Below, piece after piece: positions 20,158-28,695 of a stretch of DNA of 64,000 nucleotides. Below the pieces are notes generated by a model. It worked only from the letters and a program-made list of their open reading frames with translations. It did no database searches and was not told where the DNA came from. The translations under genes and the position numbers were made by a program. The stretch's first letter is position 1. Each line of letters begins with the position of its first letter. The stretch is from Pseudomonadota bacterium. GTDB lineage: Bacteria > Pseudomonadota > Alphaproteobacteria > UBA2136 > JAPKEQ01. The DNA lies in contig JAYZXF010000003.1 of NCBI GenBank assembly GCA_036141575.1, forward strand, positions 166,598-230,597, in the 5' to 3' direction.

Positions 20158-20265
20158 TTACTTCTTGTAATGCTCGCCATGTTCCATTTTATGGCACTTA
20201 TTACAGTTATGTACGCAGCCAGTTAGGCTAACCACTGCAAGTGTAAGAACAAGTACTTTCATCAT
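20158..20265 (-). CDS. Unannotated 35-aa Cys/His-rich lipoprotein (MMKVLVLTLAVVSLTGCVHNCNKCHKMEHGEHYKK)
   Basis: Read by hand, since it is below the 60-aa track cutoff. aaggag RBS, lipobox LTGC, mature peptide CVHNCNKCHKMEHGEH. Sits between pdhC and the NUDIX gene. Confidence 0.45.
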   Translation of the reverse strand: MMKVLVLTLAVVSLTGCVHNCNKCHKMEHGEHYKK

Positions 20266-20279
20266 CAGATGCTATCTCC

Positions 20280-21581
20280 TTAAGCAAACATTGTTACTGG
20301 GTTTTCAAGGTAGAACTTAATCTTACCAATCAGCTCTGCACCAAGCGCACCATCAACCACACGGTGATCCACAGACATTGTCATTGTCATCACGCTTGCC
20401 ACATCAATAGCACCGTCTTTTACAACAGGGCGCTCTTCAGCAGCACCACACGCAAGAATACAGCTTTGCGGTGGGTTAATAATGGCATCAAAGTGCTTAA
20501 TACCAAACATACCCAAGTTAGACACACTAAACGTACCGCCTTGGTATTGTTCAGGCGCAAGTTTTCCAGAACGCGCAAGTCCTGCAAGCTCTTTCATTTC
20601 GCCAGAAAGGGCAACAATCCCCTTCTCGTCTGCACTTGCTAGAATTGGTGTAATCAAACCACCTTCAATAGAAACAGCAACACTTACATCTACACTTCCG
20701 TGGCGCACAAGGCCTTCATCACTCCAACTTGCATTGGCTTCTGGGTGCGCACGCAGTGCAAGAGCACTTGCTTTGATAATAAAGTCATTGACCGAAATTT
20801 TGTATGACGGCTTACCGTTCTCATCTTTTGTCGCCATGTTATTTAGCTGTGCACGTGCTTCATTTAATGCGTCCATCTGCACATCTACCGTAAGGTAAAA
20901 GTGTGGAACATCCTGCTTTGCTGCAACCAAGCGGTTTGCAATTGTTTTACGCATCATTGAATGTGGCTCAACACCAGCATTTAGAGGCTCAGCAGTTTGT
21001 AGTGCCATTGGCATAGAGCCGCCAGATTTGAGCACAACAGCACCATCTACATCTGATTTCACAATACGTCCACCAGGGCCACTACCCTGTACAGCTGAAA
21101 GATCAATACCGCGCTGCTCAGCAATTTTACGCGCGACAGGGCTTGCCTTCACACGGCCTGAGTTTGATGGTGCTGAAACAGTTGCCACTTTAGGCATAGC
21201 AGGCGCAACTGGGGCTGCAGCCTTTTTAGGTGCAGGTGCAGCTTTTACCTCTTCAGCCTTCGGTGCTTCTTCAGCAGGCTTCTCTTCTACGGCTGGCGCA
21301 GCAGCTTGAGATGTTGGCGTGTAATCTTTTGCCACTTTTTCTCCGTCTTCTTTAAGCACAGCAATTGGCGTACCCACAAGAATTTCAACTCCAGCTTTAC
21401 CGATAATGCTATGCACAATACCGTCATCTGTCGCCTCAACTTCCATTGTTGCTTTATCTGTTTCCACTTCAGCAATGACGTCACCAGCGCTAACGCTGTC
21501 GCCTTCTTTCACCATCCAGTTTGCCAAACGACCTTCTGTCATTGTTGGCGAAAGTTGCGGCATCAATACATCAATCGGCAT
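20280..21581 (-). CDS. pdhC: Pyruvate dehydrogenase E2 dihydrolipoamide acetyltransferase
   Basis: N-terminal lipoyl domain (ETDKATMEVEA), Ala/Pro linker, E3-binding domain and a catalytic domain with DHRVVDGA. Confidence 0.9.
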   Translation of the reverse strand: MPIDVLMPQLSPTMTEGRLANWMVKEGDSVSAGDVIAEVETDKATMEVEATDDGIVHSIIGKAGVEILVGTPIAVLKEDGEKVAKDYTPTSQAAAPAVEEKPAEEAPKAEEVKAAPAPKKAAAPVAPAMPKVATVSAPSNSGRVKASPVARKIAEQRGIDLSAVQGSGPGGRIVKSDVDGAVVLKSGGSMPMALQTAEPLNAGVEPHSMMRKTIANRLVAAKQDVPHFYLTVDVQMDALNEARAQLNNMATKDENGKPSYKISVNDFIIKASALALRAHPEANASWSDEGLVRHGSVDVSVAVSIEGGLITPILASADEKGIVALSGEMKELAGLARSGKLAPEQYQGGTFSVSNLGMFGIKHFDAIINPPQSCILACGAAEERPVVKDGAIDVASVMTMTMSVDHRVVDGALGAELIGKIKFYLENPVTMFA

Positions 21582-21586
21582 GAGGT

Positions 21587-22891
21587 TTATTCTCCAGCTT
21601 TCTGTTGTTCTTCTCTGTTATAAATATATTGCATAAATTTGCGGTAAGCGAGATCCATTTTTGCAATCGCATGGTGCGTCACCGGCATAAGCTTGAGCTG
21701 TTCAATACGTGAGAACTGCTCAAATGCATCCATATCTCCAAGCGCAGCTTCAGCAAGCGTTTTACCAGCCAGATACATGCTCACCTGACCATGACCAGTA
21801 AGGCCATGTGCAATAAATACGTCTTCGTGTTTTTTCTCAAACACAGGCATAAAGTTCATCGCTACACCAGAGTAGTGGTTCCAAATGTAATCCACTTCTA
21901 AGTTATGGAGCTGAGGAAAGACTTTTAGCCATTTCTTTTGAATAATATTGGTAAGTTTTTCACCTTTCGCAGCAAACATACGGCCAGAGCCAATCATCAT
22001 CAGGCGGTTACCCATAATCGAGAGACTATCCCCAAGAGGGCCAAACTCTTTGACAGAGTCCTTAAGTGGCATCAAGCTCTGTAGAACTTTCTCGTCCATT
22101 GGCTTACTGACAATTTGGTACACAGGCTTTGCAACTGTACGCGCTTTATTTGGCAGCTGAACATTATTCATGTAAGCGGTACCACAGACAATCACTTTAC
22201 CAGCCTTAACATGCTTACCATTTTCAAGGGTAATACTTGTCACCTGCCCTGTGTTAATGCTCTTCACTGGTGAGTATTCATAAATACGTACACCTTTATC
22301 AACAGCAGCCTTTGCAAGGCCGTACAGGTATTTTGTTGGATGGAACGACGCAGATTTTGCGTAATACACAACCTTATCGTAGTACTGAGAACCAAGGTGC
22401 ATGGCAGCCTTTTTCTCATCAAGCATTTCAATTGGATCTTCACTTACCCAAAGGCTGAGCTGGCTCACTGCCTTCTCAAGCATTTTAATAAACTTGTTAT
22501 GCTTTGCAGTAACCAGAATCCCTCTTGAGATATCACAGTCAATCTCAAGTGTATCGGCAAGTTCAATCATCTCTTCACGTGCAGCAATAGAACGCTGCCA
22601 CATATCAATCGCGCTACCGCGGCCTACAATATCAACAAGATCATCAAAGAAGCAGTTAAAGCCTGCTGTTAGCTGACCGCCCATACGCCCTGTCGAGCCA
22701 TAAGCAATGGTAGAAGATTCAAGAATAATACAGCTCTGGCCTTTTTCAGCAGCAGCATAAGCCGCTGAAACAGCAGTAATACCACCGCCAATAATCACCA
22801 CATCAGCAGCAGCATCTACCTCTAAAGATTCATAAGAAACTTTATTTTCTGTGGTCAGTTCAAACCAAGTCTGTATTGCTTGCTGAGCCAT
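21587..22891 (-). CDS. FAD-dependent oxidoreductase (DAO/amine-oxidase-like) embedded in the pdh operon
   Basis: VVIIGGGITAVSAAYAAAEKG dinucleotide-binding fold. Length 434 aa. Confidence 0.7.
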   Translation of the reverse strand: MAQQAIQTWFELTTENKVSYESLEVDAAADVVIIGGGITAVSAAYAAAEKGQSCIILESSTIAYGSTGRMGGQLTAGFNCFFDDLVDIVGRGSAIDMWQRSIAAREEMIELADTLEIDCDISRGILVTAKHNKFIKMLEKAVSQLSLWVSEDPIEMLDEKKAAMHLGSQYYDKVVYYAKSASFHPTKYLYGLAKAAVDKGVRIYEYSPVKSINTGQVTSITLENGKHVKAGKVIVCGTAYMNNVQLPNKARTVAKPVYQIVSKPMDEKVLQSLMPLKDSVKEFGPLGDSLSIMGNRLMMIGSGRMFAAKGEKLTNIIQKKWLKVFPQLHNLEVDYIWNHYSGVAMNFMPVFEKKHEDVFIAHGLTGHGQVSMYLAGKTLAEAALGDMDAFEQFSRIEQLKLMPVTHHAIAKMDLAYRKFMQYIYNREEQQKAGE

Positions 22892-23865
22892 TAGCCAAGC
22901 ATCTCCTTCACAGCGTCTTTAATTGTTTCCACTTGAGGAAGCGCCATATCTTCTAGGTTCTTCGCGTAAGCAAGCGGAACATCAGCAGCACTTAGGCGTT
23001 TAACTGGAGCGTCCAAGTCATCAAATGCATTGTCATTAATTGTTGCAATAATTTCACTCGCTACACCATAAGCAGGCCAACTCTCTTCCACAATAATGGC
23101 GCGGTTTGTTTTACGCACACTGTTAATAATTGTGCCTTGATCAAGTGGACGGATCGTACGCAGGTCAATCACCTCAGCGCTAATACCTTCTTTCTCAAGT
23201 TCTTTTGCAGCTTCAAGTGCTTTAATCGCCATAATTGAGTAACCAATTAGAGTCACATCTGTGCCCTCTTTCATCACGTTGGCTTTACCAATTGGTGTCA
23301 CGTGGTCACCTTCTGGCACGTCCCACTCACTTCCGTAGAGAAGCTCATTTTCAAGAACAACAACTGGGCTCTCATCACGAATCGCCGCTTTAATCAGGCC
23401 CTTTGCATCTGCTGCATTAGAGGGGCAAACCACCTTAAGGCCAGGAATATGACCGTACCAGCTTGCATAGTCTTGGCTGTGCTGCGCGCCTACACGTGAC
23501 GCCGCGCCGTTAGGACCACGGAATACGATTGGGCATTTCACCATACCACCACTCATGTAGAGCGTTTTAGCAGCACTGTTAATAATGTGGTCACAAGCAA
23601 GCATGGCAAAGTTCCATGTCATAAACTCAACAACAGGGCGAAGGCCTGCCATTGCAGCACCCGTAGCAATACCCGCAAAACCAAGCTCACTAATTGGCGT
23701 ATCAATCACGCGCTTATCACCAAACTCTTCTAGAAGACCTTGTGAACATTTGTAAGCACCCTGGTACTCAGCAACTTCTTCACCCATCAGAAATACGTCT
23801 TTATCTGTGCGCATTTCTTCTGCCATACCATCTCTTAGAGCATCACGATATGTTTGCATAACCAT
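22891..23865 (-). CDS. pdhB: Pyruvate dehydrogenase E1 beta subunit (no N-terminal lipoyl domain)
   Basis: Transketolase-like pyrimidine-binding and C-terminal domains. The start is taken at the internal Met that overlaps the pdhA stop. Confidence 0.85.
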   Translation of the reverse strand: MVMQTYRDALRDGMAEEMRTDKDVFLMGEEVAEYQGAYKCSQGLLEEFGDKRVIDTPISELGFAGIATGAAMAGLRPVVEFMTWNFAMLACDHIINSAAKTLYMSGGMVKCPIVFRGPNGAASRVGAQHSQDYASWYGHIPGLKVVCPSNAADAKGLIKAAIRDESPVVVLENELLYGSEWDVPEGDHVTPIGKANVMKEGTDVTLIGYSIMAIKALEAAKELEKEGISAEVIDLRTIRPLDQGTIINSVRKTNRAIIVEESWPAYGVASEIIATINDNAFDDLDAPVKRLSAADVPLAYAKNLEDMALPQVETIKDAVKEMLG

Positions 23866-24932
23866 TAGTCTTGCCCTCCGTTTTCTGGTAGCACATCTGT
23901 CCACATTTCATGTTGCTGAGGCTCTGATGCATTAATTGCGTTTTCTGTCGCAGTATTCACTGTTTCTTTAGAGGCTTTATCAAGTGCCTTAAGGTCAGCT
24001 TCTTTCACGCTGTACTCACTCATCAGCACTTCACCAAGCGCTTCAATAGGGTCGCGATCCTTCTTCACGCAATCTACTTCTTCACGTGTACGGTACTTTG
24101 CAGGGTCACTCATAGAGTGGCCACGGTAGCGGTACGTATCCATTTCAAGAAGGTACGGCCCTTTACCTGAACGTACATGCTTTACAGCTTCTGTTGTTGC
24201 AGCATGCACTTCAAAGAAGTCCATACCATCTACGCGCTTACCAGGAATCCCAAATGGCTCACCACGCTTGTAAAATTCACCTGCAGCACCACGCTTTGTT
24301 GACGTTCCCATTGCGTATTGGTTGTTCTCAACCACAAAAATCACAGGAAGATCCCACAGCGCTGCCATGTTCATTGTTTCGTAAACTTGTCCGCCGTTCA
24401 TCGCGCCGTCACCAATGTAAGCAAAAGATACACGGTCTTCACCGCGGTACTTGGCAGCAAACGCCAGACCAGCACCTAGAGGCACTTGAGCCGATACAAT
24501 ACCGTGCCCACCCCAGAAGTGTTTTTCAGGGTCAAACATGTGCATGCTACCGCCCTTACCTTTAGAGATACCTGTCTCTTTACCCATAAGCTCAGCCATC
24601 ACAGCTTCAGGCTCAACACCACATGCAATTGCATGAGCATGGCAGCGGTAAGATGTAATCTGATCATCGTCTGGGTTGCTGGCAGCCTTAATACCTGTAA
24701 TCACAGCCTCTTGACCGATGTACAGGTGGCAGAATCCACCAATTTTACCTTGCTGGTACATTGTTGCGGCTTTTTCCTCAAAACGACGCAGCAGCGACAT
24801 TTGGCTATAAACATCAAGAAGTTGATCTTTTGTGAATGGTTTTTTATTCACAAGTTTTACAGACTTCGTTGAGGTTTTCTTTGCAAGCTTTGCAGGCATG
24901 TATGTCTTATCCTTCTTTTGCAAGTTTCTCAA
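23865..24932 (-). CDS. pdhA: Pyruvate dehydrogenase E1 alpha subunit
   Basis: TPP-binding GDGA..NGG motif and [11 protein letters not shown] phosphorylation-loop-like motif. Length 355 aa; the start could instead be the second Met at 24899. Confidence 0.9.
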   Translation of the reverse strand: MRNLQKKDKTYMPAKLAKKTSTKSVKLVNKKPFTKDQLLDVYSQMSLLRRFEEKAATMYQQGKIGGFCHLYIGQEAVITGIKAASNPDDDQITSYRCHAHAIACGVEPEAVMAELMGKETGISKGKGGSMHMFDPEKHFWGGHGIVSAQVPLGAGLAFAAKYRGEDRVSFAYIGDGAMNGGQVYETMNMAALWDLPVIFVVENNQYAMGTSTKRGAAGEFYKRGEPFGIPGKRVDGMDFFEVHAATTEAVKHVRSGKGPYLLEMDTYRYRGHSMSDPAKYRTREEVDCVKKDRDPIEALGEVLMSEYSVKEADLKALDKASKETVNTATENAINASEPQQHEMWTDVLPENGGQD

Positions 24933-26532
24933 TCATCTCAAGAATACGTTCATCAAACTTTTCTTGCTCTTCACGCATCAGTTCAACAGCATCATGTGTT
25001 GAAAGCTCTTCACGGTAAGCGCGTGGTTTTGTAAGTGCACAGAACACATCACAAGCACCAAGCACACGTGAGAGCATGTTAATTTCAGCTTCTTCAGCAC
25101 CGTATGGGTAGCCAGAACCATCCATACGCTCGTACATTTGTTGAATCACAGGTGCAACAGGGAAATCAAAGTGGATATCCTCAAGCACGCGCATGGCATG
25201 CGGGATGTGCTGTTGAAGTTTGCCAAGCTCAGTCTTTGTGAGCTTACCTTTCTTTGTGAGTACCTCTTGAGGTACAAAGATCTTACCAACACCTGAAAGC
25301 AGCGCACTGTAAAAGAGTGTTGAACGCTCAGGAATGCTCATACCCATGGCGTTAGAAACACGCAGCGCCATGCGCGCCACACGCTCATGGTGACCTGATA
25401 GGTATGGGTCACGAATTTCAACAGCTTTCACAAGTGCCATCATAGCTTGCTCTTGAATACGGACACGCTGACGGTTACGCGTTGCCAGCAGGTGACCAAT
25501 CATCACAAACAGGAAAGCACTCACAAGAATCACAATCATGGTTGTCAGAAGGTAAATGGTACGCTTAAAGCCTGCCAGTGGAGCAAGTGCAATGTCAGAT
25601 AGGTTTTCATAGCCCAGTACAAACGGTGCATTTTCAACAGGTGTAAATGATGCAAACACAGGCTTGTTATCATTCAAGCTTGGCACAGGTCTAAATGTAG
25701 AAAGCTTCGCAACACCAACCATGTGATCAGATACTATTTTATCAGAAACAGGCTTTGCATCGCTCAGGTTATCAACGCTTACAAGCTCAAGACCTTCAGT
25801 ACCAACTTGGTAGAACCCCATACGCTCCCCCTCAGAAGAGAGCTTACCAAGGTCTAGAAGTTCCTTCAGATCATCCCCTACAATAAACTCACTCAGCAGA
25901 AGTGCTGTTACACTTTGACCGCTAGCAGCATCATCCAATGACAGGATTGGCTTCGTCACCGCAACAACAAGGCCAAAATCATTATCTTGTAGTGTTGAGT
26001 ACTGAACTTCAGCCTTTTCAAAGCTGTTCGCAATAATCTCTTTATACTGTGCCCCGACGGTACCTGCTTCGCGGCTACCCATCAGCACGCGACCATCACT
26101 TGCTACAACAAACGCACCGTTCAGACCGTTTTGTTCTGCATAGTCTGTCATGGCTTGTTGCATGTAAGGCAATTGTTGCAAGAGAGACTGCTCAACTGAA
26201 TCATTATTATCAGACAGGATCGCTTCTGAAGCGTAAAGTTGGATCAAGTCAGATGAAACAATATGATCCCCCACACGAGACAAACCTTCAAGCCATGCTT
26301 CCATCACTTCAGCTTTGGCTTCTACTTGAAGTTCAGCGCGTGTCATCACTTCTTTACGAACAACAAACTCACGCTCACCAATAATCATCATAGCGGCCCA
26401 TACACCAATAGAAATAAGAACCAGCATAACAAGCATACCCCAACGCATCAGTGCAGCCATTGGCATGTAAAACGCGTTTTTCTTTGGCATGCCTTTAAGT
26501 GTGATATCAACTTGTGATGATACCTGTGACAT
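24907..26532 (-). CDS. Two-TM membrane protein with a large periplasmic sensor region and a C-terminal degenerate HD-GYP domain
   Basis: TM1 near aa 30-50, ~290-aa periplasmic region, TM2 near aa 325-350, then HD-GYP-like ...GHHERVAR...ALLSGVGKIF...HIPHA...YERMDGSGYPYG...DVFCALT. Lies immediately downstream of the LapG-like protease gene in the same operon. Confidence 0.8.
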   Translation of the reverse strand: MSQVSSQVDITLKGMPKKNAFYMPMAALMRWGMLVMLVLISIGVWAAMMIIGEREFVVRKEVMTRAELQVEAKAEVMEAWLEGLSRVGDHIVSSDLIQLYASEAILSDNNDSVEQSLLQQLPYMQQAMTDYAEQNGLNGAFVVASDGRVLMGSREAGTVGAQYKEIIANSFEKAEVQYSTLQDNDFGLVVAVTKPILSLDDAASGQSVTALLLSEFIVGDDLKELLDLGKLSSEGERMGFYQVGTEGLELVSVDNLSDAKPVSDKIVSDHMVGVAKLSTFRPVPSLNDNKPVFASFTPVENAPFVLGYENLSDIALAPLAGFKRTIYLLTTMIVILVSAFLFVMIGHLLATRNRQRVRIQEQAMMALVKAVEIRDPYLSGHHERVARMALRVSNAMGMSIPERSTLFYSALLSGVGKIFVPQEVLTKKGKLTKTELGKLQQHIPHAMRVLEDIHFDFPVAPVIQQMYERMDGSGYPYGAEEAEINMLSRVLGACDVFCALTKPRAYREELSTHDAVELMREEQEKFDERILEMIEKLAKEG

Positions 26533-26544
26533 AGGGAGTCTCCT

Positions 26545-27201
26545 TTATTTTCGGCCCATTTCTCTTGGCACAATATGCGCCCATCTGGTTGTTTCATTCA
26601 CCGAATAATACGGCAAGTATTGCATAACTTGGCTGTCAGGTAAAACAACATCAAACAAACTATCCATTACATAGAAAGTATCTGCATATTTTACGACAAG
26701 CACTGCGTGCGCAATGTTACGCACAGTATCTTTTACCACAGCAAGGCGCATATCGTCAGGATTAACCCCCAAACGCTTAAGAGTGACATACTTAAAGATG
26801 GCATAATCCTCACAGTCACCAGAATTTGGCATAAACTCTTCAGGCGTTGCCCAGTAATCAGAAATACCGTAATTGGTAATATCCTCAATATAAGGCCACT
26901 GGTTAGCAAACTTATTCACTTCTTGAAGCATAGTTAGCGTATCCTCGCCCTGCAAAGAGCGGATACGACCACGCCATGTGCGCATTTCACCACTTGTACA
27001 TGTGAGAGAATCCTCAAAACACTGGGAAAAATCAGCCTCTTCTTCTTCAAGTTTCTTTAAAACCGTTGTCCATTTTGGGAGAGCGGCAAGGCTCTTAGCT
27101 CTAAACTCAATTGTACCAAATAGGCCATTGCCCGCAAAAGCAGGCAGAGCTCCACACAGGAGCCCTATTGTACATACACCAATCTGAATGGCTTTTCGCA
27201 C
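26545..27201 (-). CDS. lapG: LapG-like periplasmic cysteine protease (BTLCP / DUF920 family)
   Basis: Signal peptide and the GDCEDYAIFKYVTLKRLGV catalytic-Cys block. Downstream His (HAVLVV) and Asp candidates give a Cys-His-Asp triad. Length 218 aa. Confidence 0.8.
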   Translation of the reverse strand: MRKAIQIGVCTIGLLCGALPAFAGNGLFGTIEFRAKSLAALPKWTTVLKKLEEEEADFSQCFEDSLTCTSGEMRTWRGRIRSLQGEDTLTMLQEVNKFANQWPYIEDITNYGISDYWATPEEFMPNSGDCEDYAIFKYVTLKRLGVNPDDMRLAVVKDTVRNIAHAVLVVKYADTFYVMDSLFDVVLPDSQVMQYLPYYSVNETTRWAHIVPREMGRK

Positions 27202-27209
27202 GAATTTAC

Positions 27210-28682
27210 CTATCGTTCACTTAATGCGTTTTGACGCATCTTATTAAATGGTTTCATCATATAATTCCAAACGGTTTTCTTACCCGTTAAAATCTCAACT
27301 GTTGCCACCATACCTGGCATAATTGGGAGCGGCTTATCTTCTGTACCTAGATGGCCCTTATCTGTTCTCACCTGAATTTCATAAAACGGCTCACCTGTCT
27401 TTTCATCCTGCACCGTATCCGCTGCAATTTGAATTAGTTTTGCATCAAGGCTACCGTAAATAGAAGGGTCATATGCTGTAATCTTCACACGCGAATCTTG
27501 GTTCGGACGAAGGAAGGCTACATCCTGCGGACGAATACGCGCCTCAACCACCAAGTTCTCTTCAATCGGAACCACCTCAACAATGTCCACACCAGGCTGA
27601 ATCACCTGCCCTACAGTATTGACAAGCACACGCTTCACCGTACCATGCACAGGAGAGCGCACAGTTGTACGGTCTACCTGATCTTCTACAGCTTTTACGG
27701 CTTCCTGCAAACGAACAAGTTCATCTTTTTTCTCAGTCAGCTCTGTTAGAGACTCTGTACGGTTACGTGCAACCGCCTCTTCCACGCGCTGTTTCGCTTC
27801 TTTAACAGCCGCCTCTCCTCTTGGAACAGCAAGCTTAGCAGCTTCCATTTCACCACGAAGATCGTTCACCTGTCGCTTCAAACGCAGAATATCCACCTTA
27901 GATACAACGCCTTTAGCTTCTAAAGGAATTGTCATTTGCAGTTCTTCATTAGAAATTTGGTATGAACGACGAGACTGGCCTGCTTTTGTCTTTGCTTCAC
28001 GAAGCTCTTGTTCTTTTTGCTCAACCTGACGCGTTAGAATTTCAACAGCAGACTGAATCTCTTCTTTGCGAGAAAGATAAAGCGTATTTTCAGATTCAAT
28101 AATCTGTGGCGCCTCTTCTACAACTTCAGCAGGCCACTTAGGTTTCTCACCTTCAAGCTCAGCATTTAAACGTGCCACAGCCGCCATAAGTGTGTAAATA
28201 CGTGCGCGGCGCTCACCAAGCGTTGACGCAAACCCTGTGTCATCAATACGAATAAGAATATCGCCCTTTTGCACAATATCTCCATTCCCAACAAGAATCT
28301 CTTTAACAATACCACCCTCAAGGTTTTGTACTGTCTGTGTATCACCTGATGGAATCACCTTACCTTGGCCGCGCGTCACTTCATCAAGTTCTGCAAACAT
28401 CGCCCAAGCAATAAAGAAAACAAAAAATGCGACAATTGCCCAGAACAAACGGTTAGCAATGGGGTGCACACCACGCAGTGTCGCTTGACGCACATCATCC
28501 ATAAAGATGCCATCTTCCCAAGCTGCAGGGAAGAACCAGTTCAAGATACCGCGCCATGCCTTTTCAGGACGACCTGCAGGTTTAAGATCTCCGCCCAGCG
28601 TGCTGTTTTTTCTCTCTTTTCGAGAAAGCTTCTTTGGCTTATCGTCCTTCAAAGGTTCATCTGGTATGCGAGATGAGTACAT
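27210..28682 (-). CDS. lapC: Type I secretion membrane fusion protein (HlyD family)
   Basis: N-terminal TM, long coiled coils and a C-terminal beta-barrel/lipoyl-like HlyD domain. Length 490 aa. Confidence 0.9.
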   Translation of the reverse strand: MYSSRIPDEPLKDDKPKKLSRKERKNSTLGGDLKPAGRPEKAWRGILNWFFPAAWEDGIFMDDVRQATLRGVHPIANRLFWAIVAFFVFFIAWAMFAELDEVTRGQGKVIPSGDTQTVQNLEGGIVKEILVGNGDIVQKGDILIRIDDTGFASTLGERRARIYTLMAAVARLNAELEGEKPKWPAEVVEEAPQIIESENTLYLSRKEEIQSAVEILTRQVEQKEQELREAKTKAGQSRRSYQISNEELQMTIPLEAKGVVSKVDILRLKRQVNDLRGEMEAAKLAVPRGEAAVKEAKQRVEEAVARNRTESLTELTEKKDELVRLQEAVKAVEDQVDRTTVRSPVHGTVKRVLVNTVGQVIQPGVDIVEVVPIEENLVVEARIRPQDVAFLRPNQDSRVKITAYDPSIYGSLDAKLIQIAADTVQDEKTGEPFYEIQVRTDKGHLGTEDKPLPIMPGMVATVEILTGKKTVWNYMMKPFNKMRQNALSER

Positions 28683-28695
28683 TTGTTTTCTCTTC

